A DNA stretch of 64,000 nucleotides from Candidatus Methylomirabilales bacterium. GTDB lineage: Bacteria; Methylomirabilota; Methylomirabilia; Methylomirabilales; CSP1-5. The stretch spans positions 94,677 to 158,676 of the forward strand of contig JBHIAH010000001.1 in NCBI GenBank assembly GCA_046758505.1, read 5' to 3'. Each line of letters begins with the position of its first letter. The stretch's first letter is position 1. The position numbers and the translations under genes were made by a program. The notes beneath the pieces were generated by a model. The model was not told the origin of the DNA and ran no database searches. It worked only from the letters and a program-made list of their open reading frames with translations. Below are positions 35,072 through 44,704 of this stretch, one piece after another.

Positions 35072-36397
35072 ATGAACTGCCTCATCATTGCTGCAGGACG
35101 GGGAAGAAGATTCCTTTCCCAAGGGGACTCAAAGCCGCTCATTCGACTCTTGGGATTGTCCCTGATCGAACGGGTCATATTGACCGCAAACAGCGTGGGT
35201 CTGAACGACTACTATGTAGTCAGCGGCTACAATGGTGAGAAGCTCCGCCAAGCATTGGACAGACTCAGTCGGTCCCGAAATCTACGAATAACCCACCTCA
35301 TCAACGAAGAGTGGGAGAAGGAAAACGGATTATCTGTTCTGAAGGCGAAGACGGTCCTCAATCAGAATTTTATCCTCTTAATGGCAGACCATATCTTGGA
35401 TGAATCAATACTGCTCAAACTCAAGAATCAACCCATTGCCGAAGCTGAAACGATCCTGGCTGTAGATTACAACATCGACACGAACAAGCTTGTTGATGCT
35501 GATGATGTTACGAAAGTTCTTGTCGCCGGCGATCGGATCGTAGACATAGGAAAGAACATCAAGAAATACAACGCTTACGACACAGGGGTTTTCCTTCTTT
35601 GTTCACCCGACATATTCAGCGCCATCGAAGAGAGTGTCCAGAGAGGCGACAGTTCACTTTCAGGAGCAATCAGGATAGCGGCCGAAGATAACAAAGCCAA
35701 AGCGATGGGCATTAAGGATGCTTTCTGGATTGACGTCGATGATGACCTATCCCTGAAAAAGGCCGAAGGCCAGCTCTTATCCACGGTGAAAAAGTCATCG
35801 GATGGCTTTATTTCGAGATACATCAATAGACCACTCTCGATCAGGGCCACAAAACATCTTTTAAAAACCGAGATTACTCCAAACTCTGTTTCCTTCTTTT
35901 CGTTTGTTCTTTCAATGGTGGGGGCGGTTTTTTTCTTTTCAGGGGGATATATTCCTTTGGTTATTGGGTCAATCCTGGCACAAATATCATCCATCATTGA
36001 CGGATGTGATGGTGAGATAGCAAGATTAAGATTCCAGGTCACGGAATTCGGAGGATGGTTTGATGCTGTCCTCGATCGATACGCTGATGGCTTTCTGCTT
36101 TTGGGTTTGACGTTTCAAGTGTATTCTACAAATGTCCACTTTCTAATCGTGTTAATTGGGTTTCTAGCAATACTAGGCACTTTCATGAATAGTTACACAG
36201 CGGAGAAATTCGACCGTTTCATGCAGAGAAGACTTCCCCATGGGAAGTACTATTTTAGAATGGGTCGGGATTTGAGGATGTTTATCATATTTCTTGGGGG
36301 CCTCGCCAATCAGCCTCTTTTAGTGCTCGTTGTCATTGCTTTGATAATGAATGCAGAGAATGTCAGACGAATGATCCTTGTAGTGGAGAATGAGTAG
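35072..36397 (+). CDS. Fused NTP transferase / CDP-alcohol phosphatidyltransferase (IPCT/DIPPS-like)
   Basis: N-terminal AAGRG..KPL, MADH, WIDVD; C-terminal TPN and DGCDGEIAR...GGWFDAVLD signature. Confidence 0.88.
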   Translation: MNCLIIAAGRGRRFLSQGDSKPLIRLLGLSLIERVILTANSVGLNDYYVVSGYNGEKLRQALDRLSRSRNLRITHLINEEWEKENGLSVLKAKTVLNQNFILLMADHILDESILLKLKNQPIAEAETILAVDYNIDTNKLVDADDVTKVLVAGDRIVDIGKNIKKYNAYDTGVFLLCSPDIFSAIEESVQRGDSSLSGAIRIAAEDNKAKAMGIKDAFWIDVDDDLSLKKAEGQLLSTVKKSSDGFISRYINRPLSIRATKHLLKTEITPNSVSFFSFVLSMVGAVFFFSGGYIPLVIGSILAQISSIIDGCDGEIARLRFQVTEFGGWFDAVLDRYADGFLLLGLTFQVYSTNVHFLIVLIGFLAILGTFMNSYTAEKFDRFMQRRLPHGKYYFRMGRDLRMFIIFLGGLANQPLLVLVVIALIMNAENVRRMILVVENE

Positions 36398-36845
36398 TGC
36401 GCCGTCGATCACATGCTGTCCCGGCCCCTGTAGCGACGCGGGGATCAAGAAGAGGGGCGAAACGAGGGGTCGTGTTTCGTGTCCGAGCGAACTCTTTCGG
36501 CCATCCTGGGGTCTTCCGGGGAGGAAGCTGTCAACTTGAGATCCAGGACAGCGGCAATCCATTTGTCGTTCCGGCGTGGCAGACGACCAAATCGCTCGAC
36601 GACGGCTGTCGTGGCTCTGGGATCCAAGCTCACTATCTCCCCGCTCCCAAGCGCCGTCTCGCGCTGGACTTCCCCTGCCGGCTCTCGCTCGCTGCTGTCG
36701 CCCCTCACGGACGTTCATGGCGTGCTCTGCCGCCGGCCTGGCGTGGGACCCAGGAGCTCCCCTTCGTCGTGCACAAGGCCCTGCGGACCACACTTTTAGG
36801 CACCGCCTGCGTCAACCAATTATTCCCTTTCACAGAAGCAGGATC

Positions 36846-37736
36846 ATGTTTGACGTCTGCGTCATCGGCCACGTGACGAGGGACATCATACGCATGACCC
36901 GTGCGGGCACAGAACTCCCGGGCGGCGTCGCCTATTACTTTTCCATGGCATGCAAAAGCCTCGGATCGAGAGTGACCGTGGTGACAAAGTGCAGAGAGGA
37001 CGACCGGCTTCTCTTGAGCGATCTGGTGACTCAGCATATTCCGATTTGTTTTCAGCGGAGTGAGCAGACAACGACGTGTGAGCATACGTACCTGAAGGAT
37101 CCCAATGTGAGAAGAGAGAAGATCACAGGCGTCGCCGCCCCATTCACGACCGAGGATATCCCACATGTCTCCGCCAGCGTTTTTCACGTCGGACCGCTCA
37201 CCAAGTCGGATATTTCGGTGGATGTCCTCACGCTCCTTTCACAAAAATCACGGGTATCCTTGGATATCCAAGGATTCCTCCGACACATCGAGAACGGAAA
37301 AATCAGATACACGGATTGGGAACAGAAGGAGGAGGGATTACGATACGTCAATATTTTAAAGGCCGACGAAACCGAGGCAAAAATCCTCTCGGGACAGATG
37401 GATCTCGACCGAGCGGCCCTGCGGCTCTCGGCATATGGGATCAATGAAATCATCATTACCCGGGGGAATAACGGATCTGTGATTTATGCCGGAGGAAAGG
37501 CGTATCCCATCCCCGCTTTCATTCCCACGAGAATCGTTGATCCGACGGGATGCGGGGATACCTATATGGCTGGATATATTTTCAAGCGGCTTCAGTCGTG
37601 CCCAATCGACGACGCGGGGAACTTCGCGGCCGCAGCCGCGTCGTTAAAGCTCGAGCGATCCGGACCCTTCCGAGGAACCGAACAGGACGTCCAAGACTTT
37701 TTGGACCACCAGCGAACGAGAGCTGGAAAGGGATGA
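36846..37736 (+). CDS. PfkB/ribokinase family carbohydrate kinase
   Basis: IGHVTRD, PGG, LDIQGFLR, ITRG, DPTGCGDTY. Confidence 0.85.
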   Translation: MFDVCVIGHVTRDIIRMTRAGTELPGGVAYYFSMACKSLGSRVTVVTKCREDDRLLLSDLVTQHIPICFQRSEQTTTCEHTYLKDPNVRREKITGVAAPFTTEDIPHVSASVFHVGPLTKSDISVDVLTLLSQKSRVSLDIQGFLRHIENGKIRYTDWEQKEEGLRYVNILKADETEAKILSGQMDLDRAALRLSAYGINEIIITRGNNGSVIYAGGKAYPIPAFIPTRIVDPTGCGDTYMAGYIFKRLQSCPIDDAGNFAAAAASLKLERSGPFRGTEQDVQDFLDHQRTRAGKG

Positions 37737-38022
37737 CCGATTCCTGATCGTGGACTGGCAGGGCGTCCGAGATCGAGCATTCCCACGACTTGTGAGCCAC
37801 GAGGTGTGCCAGCCCTACTCACGGCCGCATGAAGGGGGGACGATATTTCCTGTCGACGCCAAGATTGAACCCGACGCAGTTAAACAGATTAGGCAAGCCT
37901 GCCACCCCACGTTCACAAATTAGGCGAGGCTGACATTTCACACCTCACGTCGCTACCCCGGTTCCATCCCCACATCTCTTAAGGAGGCATGGCCAGGAGC
38001 CGCCGCAGCGGACCCGCTACCG

Positions 38023-38715
38023 TTAGTCGGAGGACGCCACCTGGTTCGGCCGGAGCAGGTGGTCCTCCACCCCCCTGACGCCGGGAACGTCTTCGACGAG
38101 GACCCGCAGGGCCCGGCGGACCTCAGCGTAGGCGACGAAGCCCACGAGGCGCACGATCCCGTCGGCCACCATGACCTGCACGGAAGGCCACTCCAGCCAC
38201 TCGATAATCTTGAGCTCCTCGGAGACCCGTCGTTGGATCTCCGCGTCGTCAGGCGGCATTCCAGCCGGGTCGGCGGGTACTGGCCGCAGGGCGAGGGCCC
38301 GGACCAGGTCTCGGCGGCTCACGATCCCGACGAGGTGCTCGTCGCGGACGACCGGGACTCGCTTGATTCGGTGCTCCTCGAGGATCCGGGCAATCTCCTC
38401 GACTGGAGTCTCTTCCGTGACGGTTACCGGCGGCTGGTTCATCACGTCCTCGACCTGCTTTCCGTGGATCCGAATAAACTCGCGCGCCTGCCCCTCCCGG
38501 TCCGCCAGGAAGGCCAGCCACCATTTCTTGCGGCGGGGACTTCGAAGCCGATGAACCAGGTCGGCTTCGCTCACCACCCCCAGGACCTCGCCGCCGGCCC
38601 CGACCACCGGGACAGCGCCCACCCCCGTGTCGAGGAGGAGCCACGCGAGGGTCTCGACCAACATCTCCGGCGTCGCCGTGACCACCTCGTGCGTCATCAC
38701 GTCCCGTGCCAGCAT
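38023..38715 (-). CDS. CBS-pair + BON domain protein
   Basis: ARDVMT and IKRVPVV..GIVSRRDL CBS repeats; C-terminal BON (DAEI...VPGVRGVEDHL). Confidence 0.88.
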   Translation of the reverse strand: MLARDVMTHEVVTATPEMLVETLAWLLLDTGVGAVPVVGAGGEVLGVVSEADLVHRLRSPRRKKWWLAFLADREGQAREFIRIHGKQVEDVMNQPPVTVTEETPVEEIARILEEHRIKRVPVVRDEHLVGIVSRRDLVRALALRPVPADPAGMPPDDAEIQRRVSEELKIIEWLEWPSVQVMVADGIVRLVGFVAYAEVRRALRVLVEDVPGVRGVEDHLLRPNQVASSD

Positions 38716-38775
38716 GGCACTCCTCGTCTCGCCTGCATCTCCAATAAGGGTTGGAGGGGCATATATGAGCGAGAA

Positions 38776-38817
38776 ATGAAAACGCCCTCCCGGGCCGTGC
38801 TCCGCCCGGGAGGGCGT
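38776..38817 (-). terminator. Intrinsic terminator-like hairpin upstream of the CBS-BON gene
   Basis: Perfect 14-bp stem (38782-38795 / 38804-38817), 8-nt loop, followed by a T-rich tail on the minus strand. Confidence 0.65.
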
Positions 38818-39282
38818 CTAAGTGCCTGGTGCGCCATCGATTGTGCCTGAGGTGGGCCCGGGGCTATGGTCACCCCGGTTTCATACCTCCACCACTTGCG
38901 GGGAGCTTCCCCCTCCCCTCATCCCCTGGTCACCCAAGCGACCACGGGAAGGGCCGCCAACAATATAACCTCCTTGCAACAAGACAAATGAGATGTCAAT
39001 GACGCTGGTCGACCATTAATATGATTGAGATTAGATTCACGGGGGGGGCGGGCCGGATGTAGCAGGCTCGGATTTGCCAGTTCCCTCTGTAGGAGAACTG
39101 TAGGGCAAATGTCTATTCCGCGGCCATTTCCACCCGGGGAACCCCCTTGACATCCGAGGTGCTATTATGATATATTTTATTGTATAAATTAAAGAGTTGT
39201 CGCACTTTCCTCGATTTGGTCTGAATGTTGCATTGTATCTGCCTGTATACGCAGCGTCTCTACGAAAGGGGGGAAGCCATCG

Positions 39283-39645
39283 ATGCTTCGCGACGTGGAT
39301 GGAGGCAAACGGCGGCATCGCCGGTGGGCAGCAGGAGGCCGGCTCGTGGGACGGATTGACGCCACCCAGAGGGTGTCTTTCGTCGATATCAGCCTGGGCG
39401 GGGCCCTGATCGAACATTCGACAATGGTCCAGCCTGGAATGATCTCATTCCTGACCCTCTCGCTCTCCGGGGAGGAGGAAGCCCTGAAGTGCCGTGTGGT
39501 GCGATCGGCGGTCCATCGCTATGAGATCGAGCCCACCGGGGAGCGGGGCCTGGTCTATCGCTCGGGGGTGGAATTTCTGGACACCTCGGAGGTATCCCTG
39601 CGCCTGATCGACAAATCCATCGAGTCCCTGAAGGCCGTCGCCTAA
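39283..39645 (+). CDS. PilZ domain protein (c-di-GMP receptor)
   Basis: RRHRR (RxxxR) and DISLGG (DxSxxG) motifs; GVEF near the C-terminus. Confidence 0.85.
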   Translation: MLRDVDGGKRRHRRWAAGGRLVGRIDATQRVSFVDISLGGALIEHSTMVQPGMISFLTLSLSGEEEALKCRVVRSAVHRYEIEPTGERGLVYRSGVEFLDTSEVSLRLIDKSIESLKAVA

Positions 39646-39807
39646 CCTGTTGACCGCAGAATCTCCGCGCTCTCAACCTCATACCTCCTCGGTCCTTTCC
39701 CTGTAACACAGAGAGTCCAGGTCACGTTTCCCTTGACGGTGCTGGGACACGTGTGGGACCAGGTTTGAGTTGACTCCCGCCAGATAACGGTGCAAAATCA
39801 CTCGCGG

Positions 39808-39883
39808 GACCCGTTAGCTCAGCTGGCAGAGCACCTGCCTTTTAAGCAGGGGGCCGCAGGTTCGAATCCTGCACGGGTCACCA
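39808..39883 (+). tRNA. tRNA-Lys(TTT)
   Basis: GACCCGT/ACGGGTC acceptor stem, CCTGC-CTTTTAA-GCAGG anticodon arm, GTTCGAATC T-loop, encoded CCA. Confidence 0.97.
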
Positions 39884-40220
39884 GCGCCTTGAGCACCGGA
39901 ACGCTTTTCTCGACACGCCTCCAGGGCCCTTGCCCGGCCAAAGTGTCAGAGGGCCGGGCTCCCCCCCCATCCCCCTGTCAATCGGACCCTGCCTGCCCCC
40001 CTCAGCACGGCCGGAGCCTGCGTACGTCGACCTCGCTCTCTCGCATCTGTCGCACGCGCGAGGCCTTATCCCCAAGCCCCCCTGGACATTGAACGGCCTG
40101 CCCCCCCCGGGGACCCAACGAACCGCCTCATGGTCCGCATCTTGCACTCTATACCCGGATTCGGCATGTCACCAAAAAACACCGGGGGGTGCAGAGCAGC
40201 CCCAAGCAGGAGGGAAAGGG

Positions 40221-40427
40221 ATGACTCCGAAGCAATGGTCAATCGAGGCCTTTGAAATGTGTGACCACGGCGGGATGATCTGTATGACCTGTGCCGAGAG
40301 AGCCATCAGTGCCGCAGTCGAGGAAGAGCGAGCGGGGGGGCGATGCGAGGTGCATGCCCACAATGGCGACGAAGGGCTTCTTCGCGAGCGGGTGTCCAGC
40401 GGTCTCGCCTCCTCCGAAGAGGCGTAA
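40221..40427 (+). CDS. Small Cys/His-rich hypothetical protein
   Basis: GGAGG RBS; CDH...CMTC motif. Confidence 0.45.
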   Translation: MTPKQWSIEAFEMCDHGGMICMTCAERAISAAVEEERAGGRCEVHAHNGDEGLLRERVSSGLASSEEA

Positions 40428-40888
40428 AGGCTGCTCCCCCTTTTTTCGGGCGTTCCCGTCCGCGTCGCGCGTGTCAATCTGACTCTGCGCAGCACGCCTC
40501 CACATCTCCTGACCTGCCCACGGACCTCCGTCCACGCCCTTGGCTGCTCCCAGTGTCCCTCCCTTCGGCCATCCGCACTCAGGAAACTGTTAGCTGTCAG
40601 CAGTCGGCTGTCGGCTGCCAGCCCTTGGGAAAGCGACGACCGTAGGCCGACGACCGACAAGCAAGAAAGTGACTGGTGGCTGGTGGTTTTCACCAATCAC
40701 TGATCACCAATCACCAACCACTATCCGTGAACCACGAACCGTGAACCGTGAACTCCTGCAAAGAGGGCGCCTTGCCGCCACGGACCAAATCCGATACAAT
40801 CCCAGGCACGAGCCCCGCGGAGGATTCCGGGAAAACAGGAGGGAACAATCCCGATGGTGCACAATCAGCGGGAAGGGAGGTGAGCCCA

Positions 40889-41140
40889 GTGCTAGAAGGT
40901 CAGGATCCCCTGCATGTGACCCTCCTGGCCGCCACCCTGAGTCAGCTGATGCTCGGCGTTGCCAAGGAACTCTTTCCCCACCGCCCATACTTTGACCTCA
41001 CCGCTGTAGAAAGGCAGTCCGTAGCCGATCATACCCGGAATCTCCTCCACGAGGCCCGGGGCAATTTTTTGGGACCGGATCTTTTTCCCTCACGCAGCAA
41101 TGCTGCCTTTCCTCCCCAACGGGAGGAGGACTACCTGTAG
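40889..41140 (+). CDS. Small hypothetical protein
   Basis: GGAGG RBS before GTG; plausible helical composition. Confidence 0.5.
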   Translation: MLEGQDPLHVTLLAATLSQLMLGVAKELFPHRPYFDLTAVERQSVADHTRNLLHEARGNFLGPDLFPSRSNAAFPPQREEDYL

Positions 41141-41315
41141 GTGTCCGGCGACACCAGAGGCTCTCGCAGTGTGGTGGATGGACCTGTACCCAACCAGAAA
41201 TGTCTTCTCACGACGCCGGGACCCTGTTAGACTGGTGATCGATTCCATGGGGAGGGGCCAAGCGGTGTATCCCGCGCAGGCCCATCCGGCAGGAACGGTC
41301 CACGGGAGTTGACGG

Positions 41316-41657
41316 ATGAGGCGAAAGATATTTGTCCTCGCGGCGGTCGTCGTTACCGTGGCGAGTTGTGCTCCCCACTTCGACGAGACGATGAGGGAGT
41401 ATTACGGCGATACGGCCATCACCACCCAGGTCAAGACGGCTATCGCGGGGGAAGGGCTCTTGAGCTACCTGAGTATCAGCGTCGAAACCTTCAAGGGCGT
41501 AGTCCTCCTCTCCGGGTTTGTCGATTCCGAACACCAGCGAAAGCGGGCCATCCAAGTCGCCAAGGATGTCCCGGGGGTTCGCGAGGTCAAGGCTCTCCTC
41601 GTCGTGAAGTATCTCGAGGTCAAGCCGAAGTCCCAAATACCCACGCCCAAGCCGTGA
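41316..41657 (+). CDS. BON domain (OsmY-like) lipoprotein
   Basis: Lipobox VASC; DTAITTQVK...VETFKGVVLLSGFV...VPGVREV. Confidence 0.88.
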   Translation: MRRKIFVLAAVVVTVASCAPHFDETMREYYGDTAITTQVKTAIAGEGLLSYLSISVETFKGVVLLSGFVDSEHQRKRAIQVAKDVPGVREVKALLVVKYLEVKPKSQIPTPKP

Positions 41658-41955
41658 CAATCACCGGACTCCCCTCAAGGAGCGGCTGCAGATGATCCGG
41701 CCCGCGCAGCAGGCATAAGCGAGAGCCCCTTCCCCAGTGACCTCGCTTCCCCACCCCCTGGCGAGTTCGCCTCGATCTCCCGCCGTCCTATCGCCCCCAT
41801 CGACGATCCGTGCATCACGTCCAAGAATGGTTCTCGTACCGCATCACGCATACCAAAGAGATTCCGCTGGCATCTCGCCCCGACACAGGATAAGCTACGC
41901 GGGTTGCACGGCCTTTGCCCCGGTACCCGGCCGCGAAGTCTCGGCATAGGAGACC

Positions 41956-42222
41956 GTGAGGATGGATCCCGAATTCCAGGACCTGGATGATCTCAAGATG
42001 GTTCACGCCTTTCGCGACGAGGCCGACGAGATGGAGTTTTATCAGGAACACCGCGAATGGCTTCTCGACCTGATGGAAGGGGATATGCTCCACGTCCAAC
42101 GGATCCGGCAGTTCCAGGGAATGATCCTACTTTGGCTGGGTTTCAAAGAGGGGCGGCTTGGCCGGAGCTGGGATTCAGGCGAGCGGCGATGGCTATACCA
42201 TCCCGGGCAGCCCGCAGCCTGA
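41956..42222 (+). CDS. Small hypothetical protein
   Basis: AGGAG RBS; ordinary codon usage. Confidence 0.5.
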   Translation: MRMDPEFQDLDDLKMVHAFRDEADEMEFYQEHREWLLDLMEGDMLHVQRIRQFQGMILLWLGFKEGRLGRSWDSGERRWLYHPGQPAA

Positions 42223-42267
42223 CTCAGCTTGCGCTCCTCGGACACCGCGACTGCAAAAGGGACTGAG

Positions 42268-42474
42268 ATGGCGGGGCCAAAACAGCCATGCCCCAAGTGT
42301 GGCGGGTCTTCCTGGGTCGAATACGGGAAGGAGGATGAGGGGCTCTTTATCTTTGCCCTGGTTGCGGGGAAGCGGCTCGCGGATGGAACGTTCGAAACAG
42401 ACCTGAGCAGGGTGTTGACGGTGAACCCGTACAGTTGCACGCAGTGCGGATATTTGGAACTGTACAAGGGATGA
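42268..42474 (+). CDS. Small zinc-ribbon protein
   Basis: CPKCG ... CTQCGYLELY. Confidence 0.7.
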   Translation: MAGPKQPCPKCGGSSWVEYGKEDEGLFIFALVAGKRLADGTFETDLSRVLTVNPYSCTQCGYLELYKG

Positions 42475-42512
42475 ACGCGGGACGGGGCACGGTCCGTCGA
42501 TCGCCCGATGCC

Positions 42513-42848
42513 TTACCGGATGACCAGGACCCGGAGGGCGGCAGGCGGGCCGGGCCGGGATTTCTCTTTCTGATACTGTACGGTCACCCACTGGCCAGGC
42601 TCGAGGGAGGCCGGCACCGGGGCCTGCGAGCTAATCTCGGTCTCGGGGGTAATCTGAAAGACATGGTCGAGTAAGCGCTCTTGCGATCGGACAACCATAA
42701 CTCCCCGATCCCGATCAAGCTGAACGATCTGGCCTTGCCACTCCCGAACGTCGAGGGTACCTTCCCCCTCGGGGGCCACCCCGGGCACCGAGCACGCCCC
42801 GGCTCCAAGAACGAGGCTTACCAGCAGAAGTGTCTCTGCGAGTCTCAC
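42513..42848 (-). CDS. Small lipoprotein with an OB-fold-like (DUF5666-like) domain
   Basis: Lipobox AGAC; GQIVQLD...TPETEI...LEPGQWVTVQY. Confidence 0.6.
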   Translation of the reverse strand: MRLAETLLLVSLVLGAGACSVPGVAPEGEGTLDVREWQGQIVQLDRDRGVMVVRSQERLLDHVFQITPETEISSQAPVPASLEPGQWVTVQYQKEKSRPGPPAALRVLVIR

Positions 42849-43032
42849 GCGCGCATCATAGCAGGGGCCGAGACATCGGCCAAGCCCCGCGTCACCGACC
42901 CCGGGCACAGATCGGCGACGCCCCACACCCCCCCGCCTGCGGAGCGCGGATGTATCGAGGCCCTTGACACCGAACCGAGATCGAGTAGAATAAGGATGGT
43001 GAAAAACTCCAGGCCACAGCAGGAGGAACGCA

Positions 43033-43128
43033 ATGCAGCTGGTTCTCTTTGAGGTCCTTTGGTTTGGAGTCATCTTGTTTATTGTGTGGTTTGCTCGCAG
43101 GAAGGCCCGTCAGGAGGTTGAGGAGTAG
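43033..43128 (+). CDS. 31-aa single-pass membrane peptide
   Basis: MQLVLFEVLWFGVILFIVWFARRKARQEVEE; AGGAGGA RBS; upstream TTGACA-16-TAGAAT promoter (42964-42991). Confidence 0.6.
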   Translation: MQLVLFEVLWFGVILFIVWFARRKARQEVEE

Positions 43129-43190
43129 CTTCCCGAAACCTCAGGGCGCCAAAGCGTGCGCCACGAACGGGGCACGCCCGGGGAGGACCG

Positions 43191-43439
43191 ATGATTACCG
43201 AATATCTCTTTCTCACCCCGGAGGGCGAGATCATTTGTAATCTCCAAGAGATCCGCCGCTATGTCGAAGAGCATTACGACGACCGCCGCCTCTGTCCGCA
43301 CTGCGGCTGCTACCTGATCCCCACCGGGGAGACCCACCGATTCCTCTTCCGCCTGTACCGCTGCGCCAACAGCATCTGCTCGGCTTCCCTCAAGACCTTC
43401 CGGCTCCGGCACTTCTGGCACCGACAGCAGGTGGCATAG
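43191..43439 (+). CDS. Small zinc-ribbon protein
   Basis: CPHCG ... YRCANSIC; GGAGGA RBS. Confidence 0.65.
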   Translation: MITEYLFLTPEGEIICNLQEIRRYVEEHYDDRRLCPHCGCYLIPTGETHRFLFRLYRCANSICSASLKTFRLRHFWHRQQVA

Positions 43440-43871
43440 CCTCCCCCCCACGTTTCCGGTGACCATCCCGGTTCGGTCTTCGCTCACGGGACAGGCCGTA
43501 TTCCTCGGTCCTTCGATTTATCAGTGCGATGACGACCGTATTCAGACTTCGACTTCGTGCCGGGTGAGCGCAGGTGCGTATCAGACCTGGAGGAATACGT
43601 CACAGGATGTGTGAATCGAACCACGAGGGCCGTTCCAACTATTTTCTCCAACCACCTGCCGCTCACTGGACCGAGGAAGCAGGCCGAACCGCGAGGTTCG
43701 GACTAGGCCAAACAAGTTGGGACGGCACTAGTCGTCTTCGGGAAAAAGCGGCCGGCTACAGGCGGGACACAGGGCAACGGATGGGCCGGGTTTCGCCTCA
43801 TCGATCTGTCCGGTCCATCCACACGCAGCGCACTTCACAGGAAAATCCATACGGTCTCATGGGGAAGGCGC

Positions 43872-44234
43872 TCAGCGCCCCCTCAGGTCCTTGGGGGTGG
43901 TCACGTAGGGGCCCCCGCAGACCCGCCCGATGGCCCTGGCTGGCCCCTGACGGGCCTCCCGGTCAAACACGGTGAGTAGATAGGCGAGTCCCGCCACTAC
44001 GAACGTCGCCTCGCAGGTACCCGCACGCGGCGGAACTTGGGCAGCGCTCACGGCCGCGCTCGTGGCGATCAGGGCCGCACCCTCGGCCACCGACCTCCCT
44101 GATTCCTTTCCGCTTCCCCGCGTCTCCCGCGCCGACTCCTGCGGCTCGCCCCGGGCGGACACAGGCGTAGGCATCCCCGCGATAAGCCCGACCATGACAG
44201 AGATCAACACTAGCCGCTTCCCCACGGAACGCAC
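43872..44234 (-). CDS. Hypothetical exported protein
   Basis: Signal-peptide-like N-terminus and a hydrophobic segment. Confidence 0.5.
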   Translation of the reverse strand: MRSVGKRLVLISVMVGLIAGMPTPVSARGEPQESARETRGSGKESGRSVAEGAALIATSAAVSAAQVPPRAGTCEATFVVAGLAYLLTVFDREARQGPARAIGRVCGGPYVTTPKDLRGR

Positions 44235-44510
44235 TCCCCACCCACGGCCATCATTTGCTTGTCGACATTGTGCGACGTGGCCTCGAACAGGAGCGGATCG
44301 CTAACCGACGCCTCGGCCCCAGGCCGCGCACGATGCGCCCACGCCCTCGAAGAACCGCCTGCCGACGGTTTCGGTCATCTTCTCGTGAATCATTCTGCCT
44401 TGTCAACGCTCTTTTTCCCTTGAGCGGAGGGACAAGGGCCGTGCCGACGCATGCGTCTTGCGATTTCACGTCGGATATGATATGTCTAGCAACGCTTCAC
44501 GCTCGAGGCG

Positions 44511-44588
44511 GACCCCATCGTCTAGCCTGGCCTAGGACACCGCTCTTTCAAGGCGGCAACGCGGGTTCGAATCCCGCTGGGGTCACCA
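44511..44588 (+). tRNA. tRNA-Glu(TTC)
   Basis: GACCCCA/TGGGGTC acceptor stem, CCGCT-CTTTCAA-GGCGG anticodon arm, GTTCGAATC, encoded CCA. Confidence 0.97.
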
Positions 44589-44704
44589 CTGTTTGCGGGG
44601 GTACATCCCCTCATTCCTGACGGCCAAAATTCCCCGTGCCCACCCCGGGATGAAGGGTAAGGGTAGCATTCCAACCCTGCGCGCTGCTTTCGACCTACAC
44701 GCTT

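Noticed and set aside
37887..37950. Degenerate direct repeat ATTAGGC(A/G)AG(C/G)CTG
   Set aside because: Only two short imperfect copies; could be chance or an operator, with nothing further to support it.
39808..44588. Prophage or integrative element between the two tRNAs
   Set aside because: No integrase, phage genes or att duplication; the shared GGTCACCA ends are simply the 3' ends of two intact tRNAs.
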